A stretch of DNA of 64,000 nt from Macrostomum lignano (Eukaryota). Location of the stretch: NCBI GenBank assembly GCA_002269645.1, contig NIVC01003555.1, positions 1 through 64,000 of the forward strand, read 5' to 3'. This document shows positions 25,203 to 36,759 of this stretch, piece after piece. Position numbers and translations under genes: made by a program. The number at the start of each line of letters is the position of its first letter. The stretch's first letter is position 1. The notes below the pieces were generated by a model. That model had not been told where the DNA came from. It made no database searches and was given only the letters and a program-made list of their open reading frames with translations.

Positions 25203-25502
25203 ATGAAGTGCGTCTTCCTGATTCTCCTGGGACTGGCGGCCTTCATGGTGCAGCCGTCGGAGCAGAAGGTCAACTGGGGCATCTCGGTGGACCTCACGAA
25301 GATCATCAACTACGGCCTGAACAAGCTGGACACGATGTTCTCCTGCGCCAAGTACGACGGCGTCAGGGGCGCCGGCTGCTGGCACAACAACTGGGAGAAG
25401 CGGGACCTCATGTGCAAGAGGCTGAGCGCGTGCTGGTCCAGGCGGTGGTCCTACAGCCACAGCCTGCTGGGCGGCCGCTGCTACTGCTGCCACTGCCCTT
25501 GA
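25203..25502 (+). CDS. 99-aa secreted, cationic, Trp- and Cys-rich peptide (putative antimicrobial/defensin-like); single coding exon with a 5'UTR intron at 24786-25201
   Basis: The sequence is MKCVFLILLGLAAFMVQPSEQ-KVNWGISVDLTKIINYGLNKLDTMFSCAKYDGVRGAGCWHNNWEKRDLMCKRLSACWSRRWSYSHSLLGGRCYCCHCP*. It has a hydrophobic signal peptide and 8 mature Cys. GC3-rich codons match the other genes here. ATTAAA lies at 25551. Confidence 0.88.
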   Translation: MKCVFLILLGLAAFMVQPSEQKVNWGISVDLTKIINYGLNKLDTMFSCAKYDGVRGAGCWHNNWEKRDLMCKRLSACWSRRWSYSHSLLGGRCYCCHCP

Positions 25503-26289
25503 ACTGGCTGTCACTTAACATCCATTCTGTTGCTGTCGTAATGACAGGCAATTAAAAAGCAAATATACTTTAAGGTCTCGTTTGGTCAGCCTGCAAACCT
25601 TTGGCATTATAAAAGCAGCGGCTAACGGCCTTGAGTCTTATTTTTGCATTTTAATGAGTGATGAATCCACGGGTGATAGTGAATCACGAGTGATGGTAGT
25701 AGTAAGTAAGGTAATGTAATGCAATACGTGCAATCGGATGGCATGGTGTGGCACACGATTGCCAGATTTACCTAGTAGCTGATTATTAAAGACAACAATG
25801 CCAGTTGCCAATCTGAAGCAGGCTATTGAATAAATGCAGAAAATTAGGCCTAGCAGTGTCTCCGACTCCATGCAGCATGACCTATGTTTGATTTTCATTA
25901 AGTTCTCATATTCAAAGTATAGCCTTATCTAAGACCTTATCTAATGGTTCCTGTGAAAGTTTTTTAATATGTCACATTTGTAATATAGGCCTACAAGCTG
26001 TTGAAACCCGCGGATTTTGAACCCGGGGAATTCCAATCCCCAGAACTACTTTTGCATGTATTCTGAAATCTAAGACCATACACAAACAAATTAATGTTAG
26101 TAGGATAGAGGTAGACATAAAATGGAGCACATTCGTGTAAAATTAGAGTTTGAGGCAAACGTTGATATTGTTTGCTGGGGTACTCCACAGAATGCCAGGC
26201 AATGTCTGTCTCTGACTCTAAAACATGTATTGGCAAACTCTGGCCTCTCCCTGACTCTCCTATGTCCCTTGGATCCTTTAAAATTTCTA

Positions 26290-26934
26290 TCGTCTCTCTG
26301 TTTCCTTTCTTCTCTCTCATTCCTTGTCTCTCGTCTCTCCTCTCTCTTCTCTCCTCTCTTCTCTCGTATCTTCCCTCATCACTCCTCTCTGATCATCTCT
26401 CTTATCTCATCTCTTCCCTATTCTTTTCTCTCTCCTCTCCTCTCTCCTTTCTACTTTTCGTTTTCTCTCTGCTCTCCTCTCTCCTCTCTACTCTTTCGTT
26501 TTCTCTCTCCTCTCCTCTCTCCTCTCTCCCATCTTCTTTCGTATATTACCTCATCTTTCTTCTCTTTCATATCTCTTATCTCATCTCTTCCCTCTTCTTT
26601 TCTCTCTCCTCTCCTCTCTCCTCTCTCCCCTCTTCTCTCGTCTCTTCCTTGTCCTCTCTATTCTTTTCTCTCTTCTCTTAACTCTCTCCTCTACTCTCTC
26701 ATCTCTCCTCTCTACTTTTTCCTCTCTCTCTCCTCTCTCCCCTCTTCTCTCGTCTCTTCCCTCACCTCTTTCCTCTCTCTCTTTCCTCTCATCTCTTTTC
26801 TTGTTTTATCTCTTCTCTCTCCCCTCGTCGCTCGTCTCTTCCCTCACCTCTCTTCTCTCTCGTCCGCTCTTTCATCTCTCCTTTCTCTTGTTTTATCTTT
26901 TCTCTCTTATCTCTTCTCGTTACTCTCTGCTCTG

Positions 26935-27006
<72 letters not shown>

Positions 27007-27750
27007 TCTCCCATCTCTCTTCTCTCTACTCTCTCCCCTCTTCATTCTCCTATTTCCTCTTCTCTCTCCCTGTCTCTCCTCCCTCCTCTAGTCTCTGTAA
27101 TCTTTTCTCTCTTATCTCTCCTCTGTTCTCTCTACTCTCCCATCTCTCGTCTGTTCATCTGCTCTCTCATCTGTCATCTTTACTCTCTTATACGTTCTCT
27201 CACTTATCTCCTCTGTACTCTTCTCTTTCACCTCTTCTGACTCCTCTCTTTCCTTACTCCTTTCTTCTTTTCTCTTCCCTCTTCTATACTCTCTCTCCTC
27301 TATTATCTTCTCTTATCTCTCTGCACTCTCCTCTCACCTTTTTCTCTCGTCTCTTCTTTCATCTGTCTCATCTCTACAATCTCATCTCTTTCCTCTCTCC
27401 TCCTCTTTCCTTTACTCTCTCATCTCTCCTTTCTTCCCTCTTCTTTCACCACTCTCTTATCTCTATCTCTTCTCTTCTCACTCCTCTATCCCCCTCTTAT
27501 CTCCTCTCTTCTCTATCCTTTCTACTCTCTCCTCTCTAATCTCTCCTCTCCTCTTGACCCTCTGTCATCTTTTTTCTGCTTTCTCATCTCTACTCTCTTC
27601 TCAATCTTCTCTACTCTACTCTCTCATCGATCCTCTGTCTCATCTCTCCCTCTTCTCACCTTTACTCTTTCCTCTCCTTCCTTTCTCCCCTCCTCTCGCT
27701 TCTTCCTCCCTTCTTCTCTGCTCTCTCCTCACCACTTTTCCTTTTCACTC
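26290..27750. repeat. Degenerate CT-rich low-complexity tract including perfect (CT)n
   Basis: Pyrimidine-rich tract; a similar tract lies at 28510-29110. Confidence 0.9.
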
Positions 27751-27754
27751 TCAT

Positions 27755-29885
27755 CTGGCCCGCAGCCATGAGCTGGATTCTTTATCTGGCCTTTGAGATA
27801 AAAATCTGCCAATCCCTGCTTCGAAAGTACTATCATGGTTGTTATCATTTCTCATGCTTTAATCACGTCATTTTTCTGGCCAATAAGCAGCCCTGAGAGG
27901 AATTTGTGTATCTCCATTCTCCAGCTCCACCACCACAGTCTGCAGCAGTCTAACAACCAAGGAAATACGCATTTCTTAGGAGGCCATTTAAATTTTAAAG
28001 TTACCTTATGCGAATCTTAATGTTAAAATTTTCATGGTGTAACTAATTTAGTAGGATTGCATTGTAATCAGTTATTCATTCATTTTTCGCTATTTTTATA
28101 AACCATCCCATATCGCCTTGATTTGCCATCCCTGTTTAACTGCTGCGACTTGTCTATACAGAGGACAGTAGTTTGAATCTCTCGCTAAACTCTCTCCTCT
28201 CTACGCCTCTCCACTCGCGGGGTACAGAGAAAGCTATTAAAAAGTTATTCCAAAACACTGTACATTCGCTATGTACATTGAGCCCTATCGCCTGATCCTT
28301 CGTCTGGGGGAATGAGTTGGATGAGCGGCAAACAACAGAAAAAGCAGACAAACTTCACATGCTTACAGTTTCTTTTTCGGTTGAGTTACAGAGTTAAAAC
28401 TTTACATTTAGATAGAGAATGGGTCAATGAAGAATTGTGTCAAGTTTGAAGTCAATCGCTTTACGTGGAGCAAACTTATGGCAGCTGAAAGTTATTCAAT
28501 TTTGAAACCCTTTTACTCTCCCATCTTTTATCTGTTCACTCTCGTCTCTGCTCTCTCATCCCCCTCTTTAATCTGGCATCTCTGTCTTATATGTTCTCTC
28601 ACCTCTCTCCTCTGTACTCTTTTCTTTCCCCTCTTTTGACTCCTCACTTTCCTTTCTCCTTTCTTCTTTTCTCTTCTCTTCCCTTTTCTATACTCTGTCT
28701 CCCTCTCTTCTCTCACTCCACTTTCCTCTCTCCGTTATCTCTCATCTCTCATTTCTCATCTCTCCTTCCACCTCTCTCATCTCTACAACCTTAGAGATGT
28801 AGAGATGTATCTTTATCTCTTCTCTCTTCCCTTTACTCTCTCATCTCTTCTTTCACCTGTTTCCTCTCTGCTCTTCTCTCTGCTGTCTCCTCTCTCCTCT
28901 CATCTGCAGCTCTCTGCTCTCTCATCTCTACTCTCTCCTCTTGCTTTTCCTCTCTCTCCTCTTGCTTTTCCTCTCTCCCCTCTTCTCCCCCTCTCTCTCA
29001 TCGTCCTCACCCCCTCATCTCTCCTTTTATCTTTTATCTTTTCTTTTATCCCCTCTGTCGCCTCTCCTCTCTTTGAATCGTCTATTCCTTCTTCTTTCCA
29101 CTTTCATCTGCCCCTCAGCTATGAGCTGGATTCTTTATCTGGCCTTTGAGGTAAAAGTCTGCCCATCCCTGCTTGGAAAGCCAGTTTGTGGGACGTAGTA
29201 CTCTCATGGTTGTTCTCATGCTTTGATCACGTCATCTTTCTTGCCAATTTGTAGGCTGCAGCCCTGAAAGGAATTTGTGTATCTTCAGCTCCACTGCAGT
29301 CTGCATCAGTCTAACAACCAAGGAAATACGCATTTCTTAGAAGGCCATTTAATATTTACACAGTACAGTACCTTTGAAAGAAACCTAAAATTTCCATGGT
29401 GTGCCTAATTTAGTAGGGTTGTATTGCATTGCATGGCATCGCCTTTTCATAAATCTTTCGCTTTTACAAACCATGCTGGATAGTGGTATTAGTGAATTCC
29501 CTCGATTTGCCAATTGCCAATTGCCATCCACTGTTAAACTGCTGCAGAGTTTGCCAATACAGAGGGGAGGGCAGTGGTTAGAATTTCTCACTAAACTGTT
29601 ATGGCTAAATGTAGCCTCTCCACTCTCGGGGTGGAATTCCAAAACACTGTACATTTGCTATGTACATTCAGCCCTATCGCCTGACCCTTCGTCTGGCTCT
29701 GGGGGAATGAGTGAGAGGCACAAACAACAGAAAAAGCAGACAAACTTCACATGCTTACAGTTTCCGTCCTGATTGAGATACAGAGTTGAGACTTTACATT
29801 TAGACAGAGAATAAGTTAATGAAGAATTGTGTCAAATTTGAAGTTAATCGCTTCACGTGAAGCAAACTTATGGCAGCCCAAAGTT
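27755..29885. repeat. Diverged local duplication: ~750-bp block at 27755-28510 repeated at 29110-29885
   Basis: Shared strings include atgagctggattctttatctggcctttgag, agtctaacaaccaaggaaatacgcatttcttag and aacagaaaaagcagacaaacttcacatgcttacagtttc. Confidence 0.9.
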
Positions 29886-29889
29886 AGTC

Positions 29890-30336
29890 ATTTAAAAACC
29901 TATTTGCACCCTTTGCCCAGATCGGGAAAGAGAGGCAGGCGGGTGGAGGTTGGGGTGGTTGCTACGCTGAAAAAAACAGCCTAATTTTAAAAGTGCACAG
30001 CACCGCTCAGAATTAACTTTGAGACTCGAAATTTTACATGATTGTGCCAAAATATTTTAAGATTATCTGTGTCAAATTTGAAGAGAATCGGTAGAAGTGG
30101 AGCGGCGCTATGGAGGATTTAGTGAAAAAAATGCGCATTTTGAGCAGTTTTTTGCACTTTTAGGTAGGAAGACTCAAATTTAGGAAATAAAAGGTAGCCT
30201 AAGACATTCTCCGTAGTAAGTTTAGGGTGGGTGTAAAGTTTGGTGTAATTTGGTTGAGCGGTTTGGGAGTCCATAGCGATCAAAATTGTCCACACACACA
30301 CACACACACAGAGTTTTGATTTTTATAGGTAGAGAT
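29890..30336 (+). mobile_element. Putative non-autonomous Helitron/Helentron-associated (DINE-1/HINE-like) element
   Basis: Contains gtcaaatttgaagagaatcgg and a (CA)n microsatellite near the end. It terminates ...TTTTTATAGGTAGAGAT into a T run, the usual layout of such elements. Confidence 0.45.
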
Positions 30337-32324
30337 TTTTACTTTTTAATCAGAGAATTTTCTCTAGCCTTTCATATTCTAGCATTTCGTTTCATGTCAT
30401 TCATAGGGCCTAACTTGTATGTTTTTAAAGGAAAAACAGCATTCGTTTTTATCTACCTATTTTTATCTTTTTATTTGTATCGGCTCATTGACATTGGAGT
30501 TTCTACCTAGTCCCTAAAGTATTCGTCACTGATCATTTTAGCCCAAAAATTTTTTTTTAAATAAATTGTGTACAATGTGTAGGCCCTAATCTATAGGCCT
30601 AGGCCTATTTATAGGCCCAAACTTTTTAATTTTAGTTTTTGTTTTGTCTAGTAGGCCCTATGCCATTTTAGCTTTTATTCCTTAGGCCTAGGCCCCTCTC
30701 CTTAGGCCTTATTTCAAAACTATATAACAGTAACACTAAACTAGGCCTATGTGTTTTAAATTTCCTTAATTAATATACTTTTATTTATGCTACAATTCAT
30801 ATAGGCACTATGCTATATTTCAAATTCAAATATTTGACCAACAATTGAAATGTCAAAATTGTTTTAATTATGACTGAGATGAAATTCAATACACATTATA
30901 ATTATTGCAATGTATATTGTTCTTCGATAAGTAGGCCTAATAAATGAAGTTCCTTAGAAAGGTTTAAATTACCATGGTTGTAAAAGGAATAACAGGAAGG
31001 ATTATAGTATTGGGAAGAGTTTGGGTAAATTAAATAGATACTATTATATATTATTAGGCCTACAGACCAACATAATAATTAAAAGAAAAATTATAATTTA
31101 TATTATATTTTTTGTATTAACTTGCATTATATAAAATTATAAAAACTATTTTAAAGCAATTATAATTTTTTCAAACATTTTTTCAACTAGTGCAGGCGGA
31201 AAAATGTCTAACTAAGAGAGAAATTACAAAAATGCTAGGCTCTAACCAAAAAATTGATAAAAAAAAGAACAAAGCAAAAAGGAAAAACAAGGAAAAAAAG
31301 AAAATATAGGAAAAAAAACCAAAACAAAGACCATGTTGCAACCCACACTTTAGATCATATAATATATGCCCAAAATTTTGGTCATGCATAGTTGGCATGC
31401 ATGACTTTTAAGAAAATAGTGTATGTGCATACTTAGCCTGCACTTCATAGAATCAGGCAGAAAAGTTAGTGTTAAGTTGGAAAAAGATTGAAAATTTTTA
31501 TATTTTAGCATAAATTTTAAACTTTCCAGCTTCTAAGCTCATTAATAATACATTAAAACAAAATTTTGTATATTAATTTTCTGCTATAAATAGTGTAGAA
31601 AAAAATGATAAATAATCAACCAAATTATCAGCCACAAAGGGTCCTTTATGCAATGCAAAAAAGTCATTTTTTGTTCCAACATTGGCCTAGATTTTGAGTG
31701 TGGATATAAACAAAATTTTTTTTGGTGTGCTTTTGAAACTCTTCAATTTTTGTTTAGGCATGCATCCACCATAATCTAGACTATAGGTTGTAACCAAGGA
31801 CAACTAAGTTGCAACTAGAGATAGCTAGGCTAAGTTCTAACCAGAGGCAACTTAGGGGATGGGGTTAGAGGTATGCAGTCCCCTAAGTTTGGGGGTTGTA
31901 CATATGAATCATACATGCATAACTGCTGGCCAACCTGGCCGATCTGGCCATAAATTGTGGTAGACCAGGGGTAAGTCGCAAAAATGCCCAGCCTGTATGA
32001 ATCCTCTTATATATATGTAAGGGATATGCAAATAGGAGTAAAAAGTATACCCAAGATATATGTGGAAAAGACCTTTTGAGTTCAATTTAAGAATAAATTA
32101 TATTATATAACTAGATTTAAATATTTAGTTGTATGGATGGATATTAACTAAAAGTTCTTTAAAGCAAAAATATTGCCATGATCATTTTCTAATGATACAA
32201 TATTATATAACTTATCAATTTTCACCAACAATTTCTAAGAATTTTGTGTTTTGTCATGACTTGAAATAGTTTAGCTTGCTTATTTATTAATGCTTTTATA
32301 TCAAAGCTTATTCAACTGAAATTC

Positions 32325-33901
32325 ATGTCATCTTGTCGTCAAAACTATGCACCAGACTACCAGAGTGTGAGGTGTCTTTGAACAAGCAGAGCAGATCAAT
32401 GTTCAGCTTTACACAGCCTATGTCTACACTGGTTTAGCTTGGCATTGCAATCGTTCAGACATTGCTCTGCCTGGCTTGCACAAATTTTTCCAAATCAGAG
32501 CCAATGCAAGTCGTCAACAAGCTAAATGCCTGATGGCCTATCAGACTGTGAGGGGAGGCCAGTTGATTCTAGCTGATATTGGCAAACCTCCTGCTCCCGT
32601 CACAGTCTCCAGCACTGCAGTGGGATTACAGTTGGTGCAGCAGGCATTAGAAATGGAGAAGACTGTAAATGCTGCTCTGTTGCAGTTGCACTCCATTGGC
32701 GATTCTGCTAGTGATGCACATTTTCTGGTGAGAATTATTTTAATGCAATTTATATTATTAAATTTTAAATTGCTTTGCTTTATGCCAGCATTGTTAGTCT
32801 GGTGTTGGATTATATGTCTGGTGGTTTGATACTTAGTGTAATGCCTAGATAATCATTCTGGTGCCTGGATAATTAGTCTGGTGCCTGGATAATCAGTGTA
32901 GTGCCTGGATTATTAGTCTGGTACCTGGATAATCAGTCTGGTGCCTGGATAATTAGTCTGGTGCCTGGATAATTAGTCTGGTGCCTGGATAATCAGTCTG
33001 GTGCCTGGATAATTAGTCTGGTGCCTGGATAATCAGTCTGGTGCCTGGATAATTAGTCTGGTGCCTGGATAATCAGTGTAGTGCCTGGATAATCAGTGTA
33101 GTGCCTGGATAATCAGTTTAGCGCCTGGATAATCAATATAGTGCCTGGATAATCAGTGTAGTGCTTGGATAATTAGTCTGGTGCCTCGATAATCAGTTTA
33201 GTGCCTGGATAATCAGTTTAGCGCCTGGATAATCAATATAGTGCCTGCAGATAATCAGTGTAGTGCTTGGATAATTAGTCTGGTGCCTCGATAATCAATT
33301 TAGTGCCTGGTTAATCAGTCTGGTGCCTGGATAATCAGTGTAGCGCCTGGATAATCAATATAGTGCCTGGATAATCAGTCTGGTGCCTGGATAATCAGTG
33401 TAGTGCCTGGATAATCAGTGTAGTGCCTGGATAATCAGTCTGGTGCCTGGATAATCAGTGTAGTGCCTGGATAATCAGTCTGGTGCCTAAATAATCAATC
33501 TCGTTCCAGGATAATTAGTGCCTGGATAATCAATATGGTGCATGGATTAATTATATGGTTCCTGGATTATTAAAATGGTGCCTGGATTATTAATGCGGTG
33601 CCTGGATAATAGTCTGGTGCCTGGATAATCAGTCTGGTACCTGAAGTATAATTATGGAACCTTTATTTTTAGTCAGTGCCTAAGATTTAATACGTCTGGC
33701 ACATAAAAGAGCCCACTTTCTAAATACAAACTCCAGTTTCTCACAACTCCCCAGGACTTCATCGAAGGTGAGTGCCTGGATGCCCAGGCCAGCTGTCTGA
33801 AGCGCCTGTCCGACCTGGCCTCCCAGCTGGCCCAGTGCGGCCAGGGTCTTGGCGAGTTTGCTTTCGATCGCGAGCTGCTGCATGATCAATCTGATTGTTG
33901 A
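32325..33901 (+). pseudogene. Ferritin-like gene with two frameshifting micro-duplications. Exons: 32325-32727, 33755-33901.
   Basis: Removing an 8-nt and a 5-nt insertion gives MSSCRQNYAPECEVSLNKQINVQLYTAYVY...SDIALPGLHKFF...RGGQLILADIGKP...ALEMEKTVNAALLQLH...DAHFL|DFIEGECLDAQ...GLGEFAFDRELL, a full ferritin fold (~178 aa). As written, the frame hits TGA at 32379-32381. Confidence 0.85.
32825..33645. repeat. 20-bp minisatellite GTGCCTGGATAATCAGTCTG (ferritin intron)
   Basis: Tandem copies. Confidence 0.95.
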
Positions 33902-34219
33902 TTTCATTTGTCTGAGGGCTTTCCTCAGGCCAAAGCAGATTTATTGTCATATTCATGAGGAGCTTTTTAGTTAGGATATATAAACAGCTAGTGCAATTGT
34001 GAATCAAGTTAATCCTATATTGTCTGATAATTATTTGTTAATCTAATTGTTAACGCAGCTCTTTAGCTAGTATAATTTACTGATTTACTAATAAAGTATT
34101 GCGTAATCAAAGCCTCTGGCGCAAATTATTGCGAAATTTAACTTTATTTACTTATAGTAGTTTGCTGAATTGTTTTGTGTTTGTAAAACTTGTTAAAGCT
34201 GAAATGCTGAGGTTTAAGC

Positions 34220-34575
34220 CCTAGATAGTCCATCCCTAGATATTCCCTGATCCCTAGATAGATAGTCTATAATCCCTAGATAGTCCCTGATCCCCAGATA
34301 TTCCCTGATCCCCAGATATTCCCTGCTCCCTAGATAGTCCATGATCCCTAGATAGTCCCTGATCCCTAGATAGTCCCTGTTCCCTAGATAGATAGTCCCT
34401 GATCCCCAGATATTCCCTGATCCCTCGGTTTTCCCTAATCCATAGACAATCCCTGATCCCTAGAAAACCCCCCATCCTATTTATAATCCCCATCCCCTTC
34501 GTAATCCCCCGTTCCCTAGCTGGTCGATAGCATATATTCTCCAGTCCTTGGATAATCTCCCAGATCCCCGCAGCC
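34220..34575. repeat. GATCCCTAGATAGTCCCT-type degenerate minisatellite
   Basis: Tandem units immediately upstream of the ATG at 34576. Confidence 0.85.
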
Positions 34576-35913
34576 ATGCACCGCCTGCCAGCGCCAGCGC
34601 CGCCATCCGCCGCTCTGCTCAGCGACGACTCAAACAGCCAGCCGCCTGTCGACCAGCGCCAGACAATGGGATTTGGCGTGCCGGACCAGCTGCCGCGGGC
34701 AGCAGCAGCAGAGGCGGCAGCAGGGGTACCGCCCGATGCTGACATCAGCAACGACACCGATGCCTCCGCGGGCGCCGGCAGCAGCGGCGGACTCTACTCG
34801 GCACACATCAACGAGGAAGTGTCCAGGGCGAAGCTGCGCGACACAATGCTGAGAATGCTGCGCAGGAGCGACATCCTAATTGCCGCTGCCGAGTCGCAGC
34901 TCAAACAGGTGAGAGAGAGTGCGGCTTATTGAACTGGAGTAAAATTTTCAGATACTTTCTGTAGCAGCTTTTTTAGGGGATCATTCGAAATCCAGATCTC
35001 AGATCCCGTGAGATTCTTCGCCCGATTATTTTATTTAGGCCCTCTTAGATTCCCTAATCAGATCCCACCATTTTCCACTCTCAAACACCCCTCAGATTCC
35101 CCTCTTCGTTCCCTTTCAGATTCCCTTCTTGAATCCCTTCAGATTCCCCTCTCATATCCTCTCAGATCTCCTCAAATTCCCCTCTTATATCCTCTCAGAT
35201 TCCCCTCTGATATCCTCTCAGATCTCAGATTCATTCAGATTCCCCTCTCAGATCTCAGATTCCCCTCTCAGATCTCAGATTCCCCTCTCATCTTCTCAGA
35301 TCTCCTCAGATTCCCCTCATCTTCTCAGATCTCCTCAGATTCCCCTCATCTTCTCAGATCTCCTCAGATTCCCCTCATCTTCTCAGATCTCCTCAGATTC
35401 CCCTCTCATCTTCTCAGATCTCCTCAGATTCCCCTCATCTTCTCAGATCTCCTCAGATTCCCCTCATCTTCTCAGATCTCCTCAGATTCCCCTCTCATCT
35501 TCTCAGATCTCCTCACATTCCCCTCTCATCTTCTCAGATCTCCTCACATTCCCCTCTCATCTTCTCAGATCTCCCCAGATTCCCCTCACATCTTCTCGGA
35601 ACCCTTCAGATTCCCCTCCGGGATCTCCTCAGATTCCCCGCTCCCCGCACCTCCTGCCCAGGTGTGCCGGCAGATCGAGCTAGAGCGGGTCCGGTTCGAC
35701 CGGGCCTGCTACAGGTCGCAGCGGTCATTCCGGTACACGCTGCGCCTGAGAATGGCGGTGCTGGAGGGCATGTGCAACATGCTCAGGGAGTACGCCACCA
35801 CCAAGATGACGGAGAGGAATAACTTTGCCGCGATTGTTCGCGCGATGGAGCTGGAGATGGCGGGTGGCGACCTGCCCTCGCCATTTTATCACCGAGGAGG
35901 CGGCGATCCTTGA
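34576..35913 (+). CDS. Unassigned 194-aa protein with a low-complexity N-terminus and a helical, basic C-terminal domain. Exons: 34576-34908, 35662-35913.
   Basis: The start context is GCCATG. Donor CAG|GTGAGA and acceptor CCCAG|GTG join in phase 0. Codons are GC3-rich. Translation: ...LRDTMLRMLRRSDILIAAAESQLKQ|VCRQIELERVRFDRACYRSQRSFRYTLRLRMAVLEGMCNMLREYATTKMTERNNF... Confidence 0.8.
35050..35640. repeat. CTCAGATCTCCTCAGATTCCCCTCATCTT-type minisatellite
   Basis: Tandem array within the intron of the 194-aa gene. Confidence 0.9.
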
Positions 35914-36759
35914 GCCAGCGTCCAGTGGCGTGCTCAAACTTGAAGTGGTGTTTTTTGTTCGTTTGTTTGTTTTGTTCGCCGCGGCAGTTGAAGGTTCCTA
36001 TACCCTTACACATCAGTGTTTGAGGCTCAATAAGCCTGGTGCTCTGGTGTGTTCAAATTTTAGTGCTGATAATTCGTCAAGTTCTTTTTTTCCAGTTGCC
36101 AGTATTTCCTGTTGAGCTTCGTCTGCTCAAATAAAACACGCAGAATTGCAAGTCTTTGTGCCTGACTCAGCTCTTTGTCCGTGTACAATGTCCCCCATAA
36201 TGCGATTAGAAATTTGGAGCAAAGCTCTCTTACTTGTCCCATTATGTCTACACATCCTATCTACCTGCATTAAATATCTACATTGAAATTATATGCATAT
36301 ATTACTCTACAAATTCTCAGTCAGTAGTATATTTGTCGCATTTTTTCTTATATTGCTGTCTCTACCAAAGTGTAAGCTTATTCAAATTGTGCAATATTAT
36401 TATTGTTTTTCTTTGATAAAATTATTAACTTACTTTTCCAACCCAGTGCATTCAGACTTAACCTGTATATTGTGTGTAAATTCAGTGCTTTGTCCACTCC
36501 TAACACTTCTTTCATTAAAAATTGTCTGCGGAATTAAATCTCACAGCCAGCCTTGAAATTCTGTCAGTTTTTTGCAAATAAATAATTCGACAAAATTTCT
36601 CTTAAAAAACACGAAGTTTTTTTGTTGCAAGTAAAGGATTAAATAGTTAGTGTTGAAGAATCTGTTATTTATGTTGACCTATAGTATCATTGTGCAATTG
36701 TGGGGCTCTTTGAGAGGGGCAGGTCTCAGTGGGAGATTATCCTTAGAGATGAGTAGATC

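Noticed and set aside
32200-32324. Iron-responsive element upstream of the ferritin
   Set aside because: No CAGUGN-loop hairpin was found in the upstream sequence.
36060-36242. 60-aa minus-strand ORF (LCSKFLIALWGTLYTDKEL...)
   Set aside because: AT-rich, no homology recognised and no coherent splice partners.
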